In this document: positions 47,498-58,200 of the stretch, piece by piece | Position numbering within the stretch: the first letter of the stretch is position 1 | Layout: every line of letters begins with the position of its first letter | Assembly: GCA_012521815.1 (NCBI GenBank) | Contig: JAAYLR010000141.1 | Span: 414 to 64,413, forward strand | Source of the DNA: Acidobacteriota bacterium | Lineage (GTDB): Bacteria > Acidobacteriota > Thermoanaerobaculia > Multivoradales > JAGPDF01 | Length of the DNA: 64,000 nt | Direction of reading: 5' to 3' | Translations under genes and position numbers: made by a program | Notes under the pieces: generated by a model | Told to the model about the DNA's origin: nothing | Seen by the model: only the letters and a program-made list of their open reading frames with translations | Database searches by the model: none

Positions 47498-49351
47498 TCA
47501 GGCGGCGCGGCCGTACTGGAGCTGATAGAGGCGGTAGTAGATCCCGCGCCGGGCGACGAGCTCGGCGTGGGTACCTTCCTCGCGCAGCTCCCCCTTGTGG
47601 AGGACGAGGATCCGGTCCGCCCGCTGGATCGTCGAGAGGCGATGGGCGATCACCAGGCTGGTGCGGCCCGCGAGCAGCCGGTCGAGTGCCGCCTGGAGGA
47701 GCCGCTCGGTCTCCGAGTCGACCGAGGCGGTGGCCTCGTCGAGGATCAGCACCCGCGGATCGAAGGCGAGGGCGCGGGCGAAGGCGAGGAGCTGCTTCTG
47801 CCCGACCGAGAAGCCGGCGCCCCGTTCCCGCACCGGCGCCGCGAACCCGCCGGGGAGCCGCTCGATGAAGCCGAGCGCCTGCGCTTCGGCGGCCGCGTGG
47901 CGGAGCCGCTCGTCGCCGATCGCCGTCTCGCCGAGCCGCAGGTTGCCGGCCACCGACCCGGAGAAGAGGAAGACGTCCTGGAGGATCACTCCCACCGCCC
48001 GCCGCAGGCTGGCGAGGTCCCAGGCCCGCACGTCCACCCCGTCGAGCCGTACCGCCCCCGCCTGGACGTCGTAGAAGCGCAGCAGGAGGTTCGCGAGCGT
48101 CGACTTCCCCGCCCCGGTATGGCCGACGATCGCCACCATCTCCCCCGGCGCCACCCTGAAGGAGACGTTGCGCAGCACCGGCTCGCCGGGCAAATAGCTG
48201 AAATCGACGCCGTCGAGCTCGATCGCCCCCGCCACTCGCGCTGGGCGGTGCAGGTTCGGTGGCGCCGTCACCGCGGGCGGGGTGTCGAGCAGGACGAAGA
48301 TCCGCTCCGAGCTCGCCATCGCCGCCTGCAGCACGTTGTACTTCTCCGACAGGTCGGCGAGCGGCTGATAGAAGCGCTGGGCATACTGGAGGAACGCCAC
48401 CAGGGCGCCCACCGAGAGGGTGCCCCGCACCGCCTGCCCGCCCCCCACCCAGAGCACGAGCCCGAGACCGGCCGCGGTCAGCAGCTCGACCCCGGGGTAG
48501 TAGACGGCGTAGTAGAAGATGCCGCGCACGTGGGCGTCGCGGTGGTCGCGGTTGTGCCGCGCGAACCGCGTCCGGGCCGCGGCCTCGCCCCCGAAGAGCT
48601 GCACCACCGCCATCCCGGCGATCTGCTCCTGCAGGAAGGCGTTGATCCGCGCCAGCAGCACCCGGACCTCGCGGAAGCTCGCCCGGGCCCGGAGCTTGAA
48701 CCAGAGGGTGAGCAGGAAGAGCAGCGGCAGCACCGCGAAAGCCGAGAGCGCGAGCCGCCAGTCGAGCCAGAAGAGGACCCCGACGATCCCCCCGAGCTGG
48801 AGCACGTCTCCGAAGAGGGTGACGATGCCCGAGCTGAACAGCTCGTCGAGGGCGTCGACGTCGCTCGTCGCCCGGGTCACCAGCCGGCCGACCGGAGTCC
48901 GGTCGAAGAAGGCCACCTCCAGCCGCTGCAGGTGGGCGAAGATCTCCGCCCGCAGGTCGGCCATCACCCGCTGGCCGACCATCTGCATCAGGTAGCCCTG
49001 GCCGTAGACGACGCCGAACCCCGCGACGAGCGAGACGAGGTAGACGAGCGCGGCGACGGCGAGCCCGGTGGCGGGGTCGGGCGCGAGATCGTAGCGGGCG
49101 AGGAGCGCCGCCACCTGCCGGCTCACCGCCGCCCGCGGCGCCGCGGGATCGCCGGGGGCGACGAAGAGGTCGAGCACCACCGCCGTGGCCAGCGGGCCGA
49201 CCAGCTGGAGCAGGGCGGAGGCGGCGATCAGCACGACCGCGAGCACCGTGGCGCCGCGGTACGGGTGCAGGTAGCCGAGCAGCCGCCGCATCAGCCGGGC
49301 GTCGTAGGTACGCTCGAGGGCCTCCTCCTCGTGGGGCGCGTTCCCGCTCAC
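47498..49351 (-). CDS. ABC transporter, fused permease/ATPase exporter (MsbA-like)
   Basis: 6-TM domain plus an NBD (GHTGAGKST, LSVGQKQLLAFARA, ILDEATASVD). Start uncertain: GTG at 49351 (VSGNAPHEEE...) or ATG at 49291 (MRRLLGYLHPY); neither has a strong SD. Confidence 0.8.
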   Translation of the reverse strand: MSGNAPHEEEALERTYDARLMRRLLGYLHPYRGATVLAVVLIAASALLQLVGPLATAVVLDLFVAPGDPAAPRAAVSRQVAALLARYDLAPDPATGLAVAALVYLVSLVAGFGVVYGQGYLMQMVGQRVMADLRAEIFAHLQRLEVAFFDRTPVGRLVTRATSDVDALDELFSSGIVTLFGDVLQLGGIVGVLFWLDWRLALSAFAVLPLLFLLTLWFKLRARASFREVRVLLARINAFLQEQIAGMAVVQLFGGEAAARTRFARHNRDHRDAHVRGIFYYAVYYPGVELLTAAGLGLVLWVGGGQAVRGTLSVGALVAFLQYAQRFYQPLADLSEKYNVLQAAMASSERIFVLLDTPPAVTAPPNLHRPARVAGAIELDGVDFSYLPGEPVLRNVSFRVAPGEMVAIVGHTGAGKSTLANLLLRFYDVQAGAVRLDGVDVRAWDLASLRRAVGVILQDVFLFSGSVAGNLRLGETAIGDERLRHAAAEAQALGFIERLPGGFAAPVRERGAGFSVGQKQLLAFARALAFDPRVLILDEATASVDSETERLLQAALDRLLAGRTSLVIAHRLSTIQRADRILVLHKGELREEGTHAELVARRGIYYRLYQLQYGRAA

Positions 49352-49487
49352 GGGCCGGACGATACCGCACCGGGACGGGGCGGAACGGGCCGACCCGGGG
49401 TGCGAAAGATGCCGCTTCCCGCATCCGGGGCTTGGATGTAGACTCCGGGGAGCCATCTGCCGGAAGGGCCGCAAGGGAAGGAGTGCC

Positions 49488-50624
49488 ATGCCGCCGACTC
49501 TCAACGCGCTGCTGAAGACCATGGTGGAGCAGGGGGGTTCCGATCTCCACATCACCACCAACTCCCCGCCCCAGATCCGGGTCGACGGCGTTCTCCACGC
49601 CCTCGACATCCCCCCGATGTCGCCCAGCGACACGAAACAGATCTGCTACGCCATCCTCACCGACAACCAGAAACACCGCCTCGAGGAGAACCTCGAGATC
49701 GACTTCTCCTTCGGCATCAAGGGGCTCTCCCGCTTCCGCGCCAACGTCTACCATCAGAGGGGGGCCATCGCCGGCGCCTTCCGGACGATCCCCTACGAGA
49801 TCCGCTCCTTCCGGGATCTCGGCCTGCCGCCGGTGGTGGAGAAGATCTGCGAGAAGCCGCGCGGGCTCGTGCTGGTGACCGGCCCCACCGGCTCCGGCAA
49901 GACGACGACGCTCGCGGCGATGCTCGACAAGATCAACCGGGAGCGCCACGAGCACATCGTCACCATCGAGGACCCGGTCGAGTACCTCCACTCGCACAAG
50001 AAGTGCATCGTCAACCAGCGCGAGCTCCACGCCGACACCCACAGCTTCGCCAACGCGCTGCGTTCGGCGCTGCGGCAGGATCCCGACGTGGTGCTGATCG
50101 GCGAGATGCGCGACTACGAGACGGTCGAGTCGGCGCTCCGCATCGCCGAGACCGGCCACCTCACCTTCGCCACCCTCCACACCAACAGCGCCGCGCAGAC
50201 GATCAACCGTATCGTGGACATCTTCCCCGCCCACCAGCAGGGGCAGATCCGCGTGCAACTCTCGTTCGTGCTCGAAGGCATCCTCTGCCAGTCGCTCCTG
50301 CCGCGCGTCTCCGGCAAGGGCCGGGCCCTCGCCATGGAGATCCTGGTTCCCAACTCGGCGATCCGCAACCTGATCCGCGAGGACAAGGTGCACCAGATCT
50401 ACGGCATGATGCAGACCGGACAGGCCAAGCACGGGATGCAGACCTTCAACCAGTCCCTGGCCACGCTCTACTTCCGGCGCCAGATCAGCCTGCAGACCGC
50501 GCTCGCCCGCTCTTCGTATCCGGACGAGCTGCAGGAGATCATCGCCCGTGGTCCCTCCGCGGTCGGCCTCGGGCCGCAGGGGGCGGAGAAGCCGGGGAAC
50601 TCGACCGCTGCCGTCAGGAGCTGA
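49488..50624 (+). CDS. pilT: type IV pilus retraction ATPase PilT
   Basis: 378 aa; GSDLHITTNSPPQIRVDG; Walker A GPTGSGKTT; AAGGAG RBS. Confidence 0.95.
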   Translation: MPPTLNALLKTMVEQGGSDLHITTNSPPQIRVDGVLHALDIPPMSPSDTKQICYAILTDNQKHRLEENLEIDFSFGIKGLSRFRANVYHQRGAIAGAFRTIPYEIRSFRDLGLPPVVEKICEKPRGLVLVTGPTGSGKTTTLAAMLDKINRERHEHIVTIEDPVEYLHSHKKCIVNQRELHADTHSFANALRSALRQDPDVVLIGEMRDYETVESALRIAETGHLTFATLHTNSAAQTINRIVDIFPAHQQGQIRVQLSFVLEGILCQSLLPRVSGKGRALAMEILVPNSAIRNLIREDKVHQIYGMMQTGQAKHGMQTFNQSLATLYFRRQISLQTALARSSYPDELQEIIARGPSAVGLGPQGAEKPGNSTAAVRS

Positions 50625-50627
50625 GCC

Positions 50628-51833
50628 ATGCCGAACTTCGTCTGGAAGGGGAAGACCCGGACCGGCGCCCTGCAGGAGGGCGTGCTGCTCGCCGACTCCC
50701 GTGACGCGGCGCTCGCCGTGCTGCGGCGCCAGAACATCCAGGTCACCAACCTGCGGGAGAAGGGCAAGGAGGTCCGCCTCCTGCCGCGGCTGCCCCAGGG
50801 GATCGACGCCAAACGGGTCGCGGTCTTCACCCGGCAGTTCTCGGTGATGCTCGATGCCGGCCTGCCCCTCGTGCAGTGTCTCGAGATCCTCGGCGAGCAG
50901 GAGGAGAACCGGCGGTTCCGGGAGATCATCAACCAGGTGCGCAGCGACGTCGAGCAGGGCTCCTCGCTCGCCGACGCGATGCGCAAGCACCCGGTGGCCT
51001 TCAACAACCTCTACACCAACATGATCGCCGCCGGCGAGGCGGGCGGCATCCTCGACATCATCCTCCAGCGGCTGTCGACCTACATCGAGAAGGCGGTCAA
51101 GCTCAACGCCCAGGTGAAATCGGCGCTGGTCTACCCGACGACCGTCATCGTCATCGCCGTCCTGGTCGTGATCGTCATCCTCTGGAAGGTGATCCCGGTC
51201 TTCGCCCAGCTCTTCGCCGGGCTCGGCGGCGAGCTGCCGTTCCTCACCCGCATGGTGGTCGGCGCGAGCAACTTCCTCGGCCGCTACTTCATCTTCGTCG
51301 CCATCGGCGTGGTGGCGCTCGTCTACGCCGTGCGCGCCTGGCACAAGACGCCGAGCGGGGCGCGGATCATCGACGCCGGCCTGCTGCGGATCCCGGCGAT
51401 CGGCATGCTGCTGCGCAAGATCGCGGTCGCCCGCTTCTGCCGCACCCTCTCGACGCTGACCTCCTCCGGCGTGCCGATCCTCGACGGTCTCGAGATCACC
51501 GCCAAGACGGCGGGCAACGCGATCATCGAGGACGCGGTGATGGCGGTGCGCAAGAACGTCGAGGAGGGCAAGACGATCTCCGGACCGCTCGCCGAGACCA
51601 AGGTCTTCCCGGCGATGGTCGTGCACATGATCAACGTCGGCGAACAGACCGGCGCGCTCGACCAGATGCTCTCGAAGATCGCGGACTTCTACGAGGAAGA
51701 GGTGGACATGGCGGTGGCCAACCTCATGAAGCTGATCGAACCGCTCATGATCCTCTTCCTCGGCACAGTCATCGGCACCATCGTGGCCGCGATGTACCTG
51801 CCCATGTACGCGATTCTCCAGAAGCTCGGCTAG
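50628..51833 (+). CDS. pilC: type IV pilus platform protein PilC (GspF family)
   Basis: 401 aa; two GspF repeats; AGGAG RBS 3 nt after the pilT stop. Confidence 0.9.
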   Translation: MPNFVWKGKTRTGALQEGVLLADSRDAALAVLRRQNIQVTNLREKGKEVRLLPRLPQGIDAKRVAVFTRQFSVMLDAGLPLVQCLEILGEQEENRRFREIINQVRSDVEQGSSLADAMRKHPVAFNNLYTNMIAAGEAGGILDIILQRLSTYIEKAVKLNAQVKSALVYPTTVIVIAVLVVIVILWKVIPVFAQLFAGLGGELPFLTRMVVGASNFLGRYFIFVAIGVVALVYAVRAWHKTPSGARIIDAGLLRIPAIGMLLRKIAVARFCRTLSTLTSSGVPILDGLEITAKTAGNAIIEDAVMAVRKNVEEGKTISGPLAETKVFPAMVVHMINVGEQTGALDQMLSKIADFYEEEVDMAVANLMKLIEPLMILFLGTVIGTIVAAMYLPMYAILQKLG

Positions 51834-51867
51834 CAGCGCCCTGTTCCCCACCCCGGCCACCGCCGCG

Positions 51868-53550
51868 GTGCCAGCGGCCCGCCTCCTCGGCCAGCTCCGC
51901 TGGCTCATCGTGATCCGGCTGGTGATGATCACCAGCGTGGCGGTGCCGTACTTCCTGCTCCGCCTCACCGCCGCCCGGGAAGGGCAGATCCCCTTCTTCG
52001 GCTCCGGCGCGCCCGACCTGCTGCTCCTGCTCACCGGCGCCACCTACCTCGCGAGCCTCGTCTATTTCGCGCTGCTGCGTCCTCTCGCTTGTCGCGCCGT
52101 CCTCCAGGCCGCGATCCAGTTCGGGGGCGACCTGGTGCTCATCACCGGGCTCGTCTACTGGTTCGGCGGCATCGCCAGCCCGTTCTCGCTGCTCTATCTG
52201 CTCGTCATCGCCTACGCCGCGGTGATGCTCCGGAGGCAGGCGGCGTTCTGGACCGCCACCGCCGCCTACATCGCCTACGCCGCCCTCCTGCTCGCGCTCT
52301 ATCGCGGCTGGATCCCCGGGCGCCCGGACACGCTCACCGGCGACGAGGGCTTCACGCGCCTCCTCTACAACCTCGCCGTCCACCTCTTCGGCTTCTACGC
52401 CGTCGCCCTTCTCACCTCGCATCTGGCTTTGACGCTGAGCCGCTCCGAGCGCGCGCTGGCCGAACAGAGCGACAACCTCGCCGATCTGCGGGTGGCGCAC
52501 CACGATGTCGTGCAGTCGATCCCGAGCGGCCTGCTCACCACCGATCTCGACGGCGCCGTCACCCGCCTGAACCGCGCGGCCGAGGAGATCCTCGGCCGCA
52601 GCGAAAGCGCCCTGCTCGGTGCGCACGTGGCCACGACCGGCCTCTTTTCGCGCTCGCGCTGGACGCACGAGACCGAGCTCGAGCGGCGGGGCGCCTACCA
52701 CCGTGCCGAGACCGAGCTCGCGCGGGGCGAGGCCCGGATCCCGATCGGCTACTCGCTCGGCGAGATCACCGACGCCCACGGCCGCCGCTCCGGCTTCGTC
52801 GTGGTCTTCCAGGACCTCTCCGAGTGGCGCCGGCTGCAGGAGGAGGTGCGGGTCAAGGACCGGATGGCGGCGGTCGGCGAGCTCGCCGCCGGGCTCGCGC
52901 ACGAGGTCGGCAACCCGCTCGCCGCGATCTCCGGCTCGGTGCAGATGCTCTCGGCCGCGCCCGGCGTCGACCCCGGCCAGCGCCAGCTGCTCACCATCGT
53001 GCACCGGGAGAGCCAGCGGCTCGACCGCACCATCAAGGGGTTCCTGCGCTTCGCGCGCCCCCGCGACCAGGCGGTGGTCGAGTTCGACATCGCCCGCCTC
53101 GTCGCCGAGCATTTCGAGCTGCTTCGCAACTCCGAGGAGGCCGGCCCGAGGCACCGGCTGCGGCTCGCGCTCGATCAGCAGTCGACGACCGCGATCGCCG
53201 ATCCCGACCAGGTGAGCCAGATCTTCTGGAACCTCGCCCGCAACGCCCTGCGCGCGATGCCCGACGGCGGCGACCTCGTGGTGAGCGGGCAGCGGCAGGA
53301 CGAGCGCTACCGGTTGAGCTTCCGCGACAGCGGCCACGGCATGGATCCCGAACAGCGCGCCCGTCTCTTCCAGCCCTTCCAGTCGTTCTTCGACGGCGGT
53401 ACCGGTCTCGGGATGGCGATCGTCTACCGTCTCGTCCAGGAGCACGACGGCCGCGTGAGTGTGGAGAGCAAGGAGGGCGCCGGGACGACGATCACCGTCG
53501 AGCTGCCGCTGCGGCCGGCGGCAGCGGCGTCCGAGAGGGGAACGGCATGA
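51868..53550 (+). CDS. pilS: PilS-like sensor histidine kinase
   Basis: GTG start; N-terminal 5-6 TM, a PAS-like segment, H-box GELAAGLAHEVGNPL, HATPase (GTGLGMAIV). Confidence 0.85.
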   Translation: MPAARLLGQLRWLIVIRLVMITSVAVPYFLLRLTAAREGQIPFFGSGAPDLLLLLTGATYLASLVYFALLRPLACRAVLQAAIQFGGDLVLITGLVYWFGGIASPFSLLYLLVIAYAAVMLRRQAAFWTATAAYIAYAALLLALYRGWIPGRPDTLTGDEGFTRLLYNLAVHLFGFYAVALLTSHLALTLSRSERALAEQSDNLADLRVAHHDVVQSIPSGLLTTDLDGAVTRLNRAAEEILGRSESALLGAHVATTGLFSRSRWTHETELERRGAYHRAETELARGEARIPIGYSLGEITDAHGRRSGFVVVFQDLSEWRRLQEEVRVKDRMAAVGELAAGLAHEVGNPLAAISGSVQMLSAAPGVDPGQRQLLTIVHRESQRLDRTIKGFLRFARPRDQAVVEFDIARLVAEHFELLRNSEEAGPRHRLRLALDQQSTTAIADPDQVSQIFWNLARNALRAMPDGGDLVVSGQRQDERYRLSFRDSGHGMDPEQRARLFQPFQSFFDGGTGLGMAIVYRLVQEHDGRVSVESKEGAGTTITVELPLRPAAAASERGTA

Positions 53551-54968
53551 GCGCCCGGCTGCTCGTGGTCGACGACGAGCCGAGCATGCTCGACATGCTC
53601 TCGCTGCTCTGGCGTGCCGAGGGTTACGAGGTCGAGACCGCCCGCTCGGTCGGCGAGGCGCGCGAACGGCTCGCCGAGCGGCCCGTCGACCTGGTGCTCT
53701 GCGACATCCTGATGCCGGACGGCAACGGCCTCGAGCTGCTGCGGGAGATCAAGGCGTCCGACCCGCGGGTGGCGGTGATCATGATGACCGCCTACACCTC
53801 GACGAAGAGCGCCCTCGAGGCGATGAAGCTCGGCGCCTACGACTACATCTCCAAGCCGTTCGCCGATCTCGAGGAGCTCAAGCTGCTCGTCGCCAAGGCG
53901 CTCGAGAAGACCCAGCTGGTCGACGAAAACGTCTATCTGCGCGGCGAGCTCGAGCGGCGTTACGCCTTCGACCGGATCGTCGGCCGCAGCCCCCGGATGC
54001 GCGCCGTCTTCGAGCTCGTGGAGCGGGTCGCGCGCACCCATTCCACCGTCCTGATCCAGGGCGAGAGCGGCACCGGCAAGGAGCTCGTCGCCCGGGCGAT
54101 CCACTTCGCGAGCCCGCGCGCCCGGCAGCGCTTCCTCTCGGTCAACTGCGGCGCCCTGCCCGAAACCCTGCTCGAGAGCGAGCTGTTCGGCCACGAGCGG
54201 GGGGCCTTCACCGGCGCGGTGCGCGAGAAGCGGGGGCTCTTCCAGGAGGCCAACCGCGGCACCCTCTTCCTCGACGAGATCGGCGACATGTCGCTGCCGA
54301 TGCAGGTGAAACTGCTCCGGGCGCTGCAGGATCGCACCGTGCGCAAGGTCGGCGGCACCGTCGAGGAGCCGGTGGACGTGCGGATCATCGCCGCCACGAA
54401 CCAGAACCTCGCCGAGCGGCTCGCGCAGGGGACCTTCCGCGAGGACCTCTTCTACCGGATCAACGTGATTCCGATCGAGCTCCCGCCGCTGCGTGAACGG
54501 CGGGAGGACATCCCGCTGCTGGTGCACCACTTCCTGCTCGAGAGCAGCCGCCGGCTGGGGATCGAGCCGCGGCGGATCTCGGTCGAGGCGATGCGGCGGC
54601 TCGAGACCCACTCCTGGCCGGGCAACGTGCGCGAGCTCGAGAACCTCGTGGAGCGTACGCTCGCCCTCTCCACCGCCGAGGTCATCACCACCGACGATCT
54701 CCCGCTCGAGCTGCTCATCCCGGGCCAGACCGGGGCCGCGACTCCGACCCTGCCCTCCGAGGGGCTCGATCTCGAAGCCCACCTCGACGGCCTCCGGCGG
54801 GAGCTGATGCGGCAGGCGCTCGATCGCACCGGTGGCCATCAGGGGCAGGCGGCCGAGCTGCTCGGGATGAGCCTCCGTTCGTTTCGCTACTATGCCGGCA
54901 AGTGCGGGCTCGCGGGACGGCGGGACGACGAGGAGGCGGCCGCCACGCCCCCCACCGCCGAACCATGA
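53547..54968 (+). CDS. pilR: sigma-54-dependent response regulator PilR (NtrC family)
   Basis: ATGA overlap with pilS. REC domain (LLVVDDEPS...D54), AAA+ sigma54-interaction domain ([14 protein letters not shown]), C-terminal Fis-type HTH. Confidence 0.9.
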   Translation: MSARLLVVDDEPSMLDMLSLLWRAEGYEVETARSVGEARERLAERPVDLVLCDILMPDGNGLELLREIKASDPRVAVIMMTAYTSTKSALEAMKLGAYDYISKPFADLEELKLLVAKALEKTQLVDENVYLRGELERRYAFDRIVGRSPRMRAVFELVERVARTHSTVLIQGESGTGKELVARAIHFASPRARQRFLSVNCGALPETLLESELFGHERGAFTGAVREKRGLFQEANRGTLFLDEIGDMSLPMQVKLLRALQDRTVRKVGGTVEEPVDVRIIAATNQNLAERLAQGTFREDLFYRINVIPIELPPLRERREDIPLLVHHFLLESSRRLGIEPRRISVEAMRRLETHSWPGNVRELENLVERTLALSTAEVITTDDLPLELLIPGQTGAATPTLPSEGLDLEAHLDGLRRELMRQALDRTGGHQGQAAELLGMSLRSFRYYAGKCGLAGRRDDEEAAATPPTAEP

Positions 54969-55023
54969 GAAACCGGTCTCTCCGGACCGCCGCGTCCGGA
55001 CGCCGGAGCCCGCGAGGCCGCCG

Positions 55024-58000
55024 ATGAGCCATCACCCTCCGGTCCGCAGTTCCTGCCGGGTACTGCTCCTCGCCGTCACCCTGCTGCTCGCCTCCCCCGC
55101 CGGTGGCGCCATGGCGGCGACCGATCCGGCGGCGCGCGCCCAGCCGGTCCTGCAGATCTACGGCGATCGCGACGGGCTGCCCCACAACACCGTGAGCGAG
55201 ATCGCCCTCGATCGCGAGGGGCGCCTCTGGATCGGCACCCACGACGGCGTCGCCACCTTCGACGGCCGCGCCTGGCGTACCATCGAGCTTCCCCAGCCGC
55301 ACAAGACCCACCGGATCCGGTCGCTCCTCCCCGCGCACGACGGCGGGCTCTGGATCGGCACCGAGGCGGGTGGCCTCGTCCGCTGGCGTGAAGAGGGCGC
55401 CCAGAGCATCGAGCAGGTGCGCGTGGGCGCAATCGACCTGCCGCTGAACCGCGTCAACGCGCTCCTCGAGCTCGAGACCCCGCAGGGAGAGCGCGAGCTC
55501 TGGGCGGGAACCCATGCCGGCGGCATCTTCCGCCGGCGCGGCGGCGAATGGCACCGCTACGGTACCGAGGAAGGGCTCCCGACGCTCCAGGTCTGGTCGC
55601 TCCTCGCCACCCGCGACGCGGCCGGCGCCGCCACGATCTGGGCCGGGACCCTCCGGGGGCTCGTGCGGCTCGAACCGGATGGAAACCGCTTCGAGCCGGT
55701 GCCCGGCGCGCCGGAAGCGCCGGTCGTCCGGCTCACCGCCACCCGGGACGACGCCGGCAGGCCGATCGTCTGGGCGGCGACGTTTGGCCAGGGCCTCCAT
55801 CGCCTCCAGGGCACGGCCTGGACCCGCTGGACCCGGACGGAAGGGCTGCCCAACGATTTCGTCATCGCCCTCTCCCCCTCCCGGGCCCCGGACGGCCGGT
55901 CCGGGGTCTGGGTCGGCACCGACGGCGGCGGCGTCGCGCGCGTCAGTGAAGGCGTCGATCAGGTCTTCGACGAACAGAGCGGCCTGTCGGCCACCGCCGC
56001 CGTCTACGCGCTGCTCGAGACCACCACCGCCGACGGCGTCTCAGCGCTCTGGATCGGGATGCGCAACGGCGGCCTCGCCCGGCTCCGGCGGTACGGCTGG
56101 AAGAGCTTCGTCCTCCATGACGAGGGGGCCCGGCTGCCGGTGAGCGCTCTCCTGGAGACCACCGATCCCCAGGGGAACCCCCGCTACTGGCTCGGCACCG
56201 ACGGCGGCGGCCTCTTCCGTCTCGACAGCGACGGCTGGCAGCGGCTCACGGGGCCGGGCGCGCCCCTGCCCGACGACACCATCCGTTGCCTGCTCGCGCG
56301 CGGCGAATCGGGCCGGGAGGAGGTCTGGGTCGGGACCCGGAACCGTGGCCTGATGCGGTTCGCGGCCGGACGGTGGCAGACCTTCGACCGCGCCGGCGGA
56401 GCGCTGCCCGATGACATCGTCGAGGCCCTCCTCGAGACCTCCGAAGCCGCCGGAGAGTCGATCCTCTGGGTCGGTACCCGCACCGGCCTCGTGCGCTTCG
56501 ATGGCCGCCGGTGGGAACGGGTCGCGACTCCTGGATGGCCGCTCGAAAGCCGTTTCCAGACGTTCGCGTCGACCCGCGACCCGAACGGCGGGCTCGTGCT
56601 CTGGGTCGGCACGGACGACGGTCTCGGGCGTCTCGAGAACGGCTCCTGGCGACTGCTCGGCACGGAGGCCGGGCTGCCGAACCCGATCGTGCGCTCGCTG
56701 CACGCCGGCACCGGCCCCGGAGGGGAGCCGGCGCTCTGGGTCGGCACCACCGGGGGCGGGGTCGCGCTGATCGATCTCGCCGCGGAGAGCCGCCCGCCCA
56801 TCCTCCTCGATCGGGGCACCCTGCCCGGGCTGCCCAACGACGTCATCCACGGGATCACGGAAGACGCGACCGGCAGCGTCTATCTCCTCACGAACCGCGG
56901 GGTCGCCCGCCTGACCCCGGAGCCGAACCCCGGACCGGATGGGGCGAGCTACCGGGTCACGAGCTTCAACCACGAGGACGGCCTGCCGCTCAACCAGGGG
57001 AACCGGGGGGCGGTGATGCGCGACCGCCACGGGCGGATCTGGGTGGGGACGGTCGGCGGCGCGGCGTTCTACGAGCCGGGCAGCGAGCGTCCCGACCAGG
57101 TCGCCAAACGGCTTCTCCTGCGTGGGCGGCTGCTCCCGGAAGGGCGGCTCCTGGAGTCCGGCGAACGGCTCTCGTACCGGTCGTCGAGCATCCGCTTCGA
57201 CTACACCCTGCTCTCCTTCTTTCGCGAGGAGACGAGCGCGTACCGTTCCCGTCTCGTCGGCCTCGAGGCGCAACCGACCTCCTGGGGCAACGAGAGCGCC
57301 CGCGAGTTCGTACACCTGCCGGCCGGCAACTACCGGTTCCAGGCCTGGGGGCGCGACTATGCCGGCAACGTCACGGGGCCCGTGGAGATCGCCTTCGCGA
57401 TCCGCCCCGCCCCCTGGCAGACGCTCTGGGCACGGCTGGCGCTCCTCGTGCTGATCGTCGGACTCGTCGCCCTGATCGTACGCCATCGTTCCCGCCGGCA
57501 TGCGCGGCGCGAGCGCGAGCTGACCGAGCAGGTGGAGGCGCGTACCCGGCAGCTGCACGAGGCGAACCTGGCCCTGATGAAGCTCTCCTACGCCGATCCG
57601 GTCACCTCGGTCGCCAACCGGCGGCGATTCGACGAGGCCCTCGAGCACGAGTGGCGGCGGGCGGAGCGGATGCGGATACCGCTCGCTCTGATCATGATCG
57701 ACGTCGACCGTTTCAAGGAGTTCAACGACACCTACGGCCACCAGCGGGGCGACGAGGTCCTGCGCACGGTGGCCACCGCGCTGAACGATGGTCTGAAGCG
57801 GAGCGGCGACCTCCTTGGCCGTTACGGCGGCGAGGAGTTCGGAGTCATCCTCCCCGACACCAGCCTCGACGGCGCCGTGCTGGTTGCCGAACAGCTGCGG
57901 CGGCGGATCAAACGGCTGGCGATCGCGCACGACGCTTCCCACGTCGCGCCGCACGTGACGATCAGTTGCGGCGTCGCCTCCCTCGAGCCGGACAAGGGCG

Positions 58001-58083
58001 GCGACATCCACCTGCTGCTGCGACAGGCCGACGCGGCGCTCTACCGCGCCAAGGAGCGCGGGCGCGACCGCGTCGCCACCTGA
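55024..58083 (+). CDS. diguanylate cyclase with N-terminal periplasmic beta-propeller (two-component-regulator-propeller / Y_Y_Y-like) sensor, TM, GGDEF domain
   Basis: Signal sequence MSHHPPVRSSCRVLLLAVTLLLASPAGGAMA. About 12 LWIGT..GGL propeller repeats. TM WARLALLVLIVGLVALIV, coiled coil, then GGDEF with RYGGEEFGVIL active site. Confidence 0.85.
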   Translation: MSHHPPVRSSCRVLLLAVTLLLASPAGGAMAATDPAARAQPVLQIYGDRDGLPHNTVSEIALDREGRLWIGTHDGVATFDGRAWRTIELPQPHKTHRIRSLLPAHDGGLWIGTEAGGLVRWREEGAQSIEQVRVGAIDLPLNRVNALLELETPQGERELWAGTHAGGIFRRRGGEWHRYGTEEGLPTLQVWSLLATRDAAGAATIWAGTLRGLVRLEPDGNRFEPVPGAPEAPVVRLTATRDDAGRPIVWAATFGQGLHRLQGTAWTRWTRTEGLPNDFVIALSPSRAPDGRSGVWVGTDGGGVARVSEGVDQVFDEQSGLSATAAVYALLETTTADGVSALWIGMRNGGLARLRRYGWKSFVLHDEGARLPVSALLETTDPQGNPRYWLGTDGGGLFRLDSDGWQRLTGPGAPLPDDTIRCLLARGESGREEVWVGTRNRGLMRFAAGRWQTFDRAGGALPDDIVEALLETSEAAGESILWVGTRTGLVRFDGRRWERVATPGWPLESRFQTFASTRDPNGGLVLWVGTDDGLGRLENGSWRLLGTEAGLPNPIVRSLHAGTGPGGEPALWVGTTGGGVALIDLAAESRPPILLDRGTLPGLPNDVIHGITEDATGSVYLLTNRGVARLTPEPNPGPDGASYRVTSFNHEDGLPLNQGNRGAVMRDRHGRIWVGTVGGAAFYEPGSERPDQVAKRLLLRGRLLPEGRLLESGERLSYRSSSIRFDYTLLSFFREETSAYRSRLVGLEAQPTSWGNESAREFVHLPAGNYRFQAWGRDYAGNVTGPVEIAFAIRPAPWQTLWARLALLVLIVGLVALIVRHRSRRHARRERELTEQVEARTRQLHEANLALMKLSYADPVTSVANRRRFDEALEHEWRRAERMRIPLALIMIDVDRFKEFNDTYGHQRGDEVLRTVATALNDGLKRSGDLLGRYGGEEFGVILPDTSLDGAVLVAEQLRRRIKRLAIAHDASHVAPHVTISCGVASLEPDKGGDIHLLLRQADAALYRAKERGRDRVAT

Positions 58084-58200
58084 CGCGGATCGTTCCGGCC
58101 CCCGGGAGCGCATCCCCGACCCGTCGCGAAGCTCCGCATTAGACTCCACGACAGACCCCGCTCGCCGCTCCGGCGAAACCGGCACCCGAGGAGCCCGACC

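Noticed and set aside
47394-52043. 1549-aa minus-strand ORF and the similar 56041..60129 (1362 aa), 44859..47267 and 42997..45768 minus ORFs
   Set aside because: Shadow ORFs antisense to pilT/pilC/msbA-like, GGDEF/S8, ggt and GCS2 genes respectively; no recognisable domains, extreme Arg/Gly/Ala bias.
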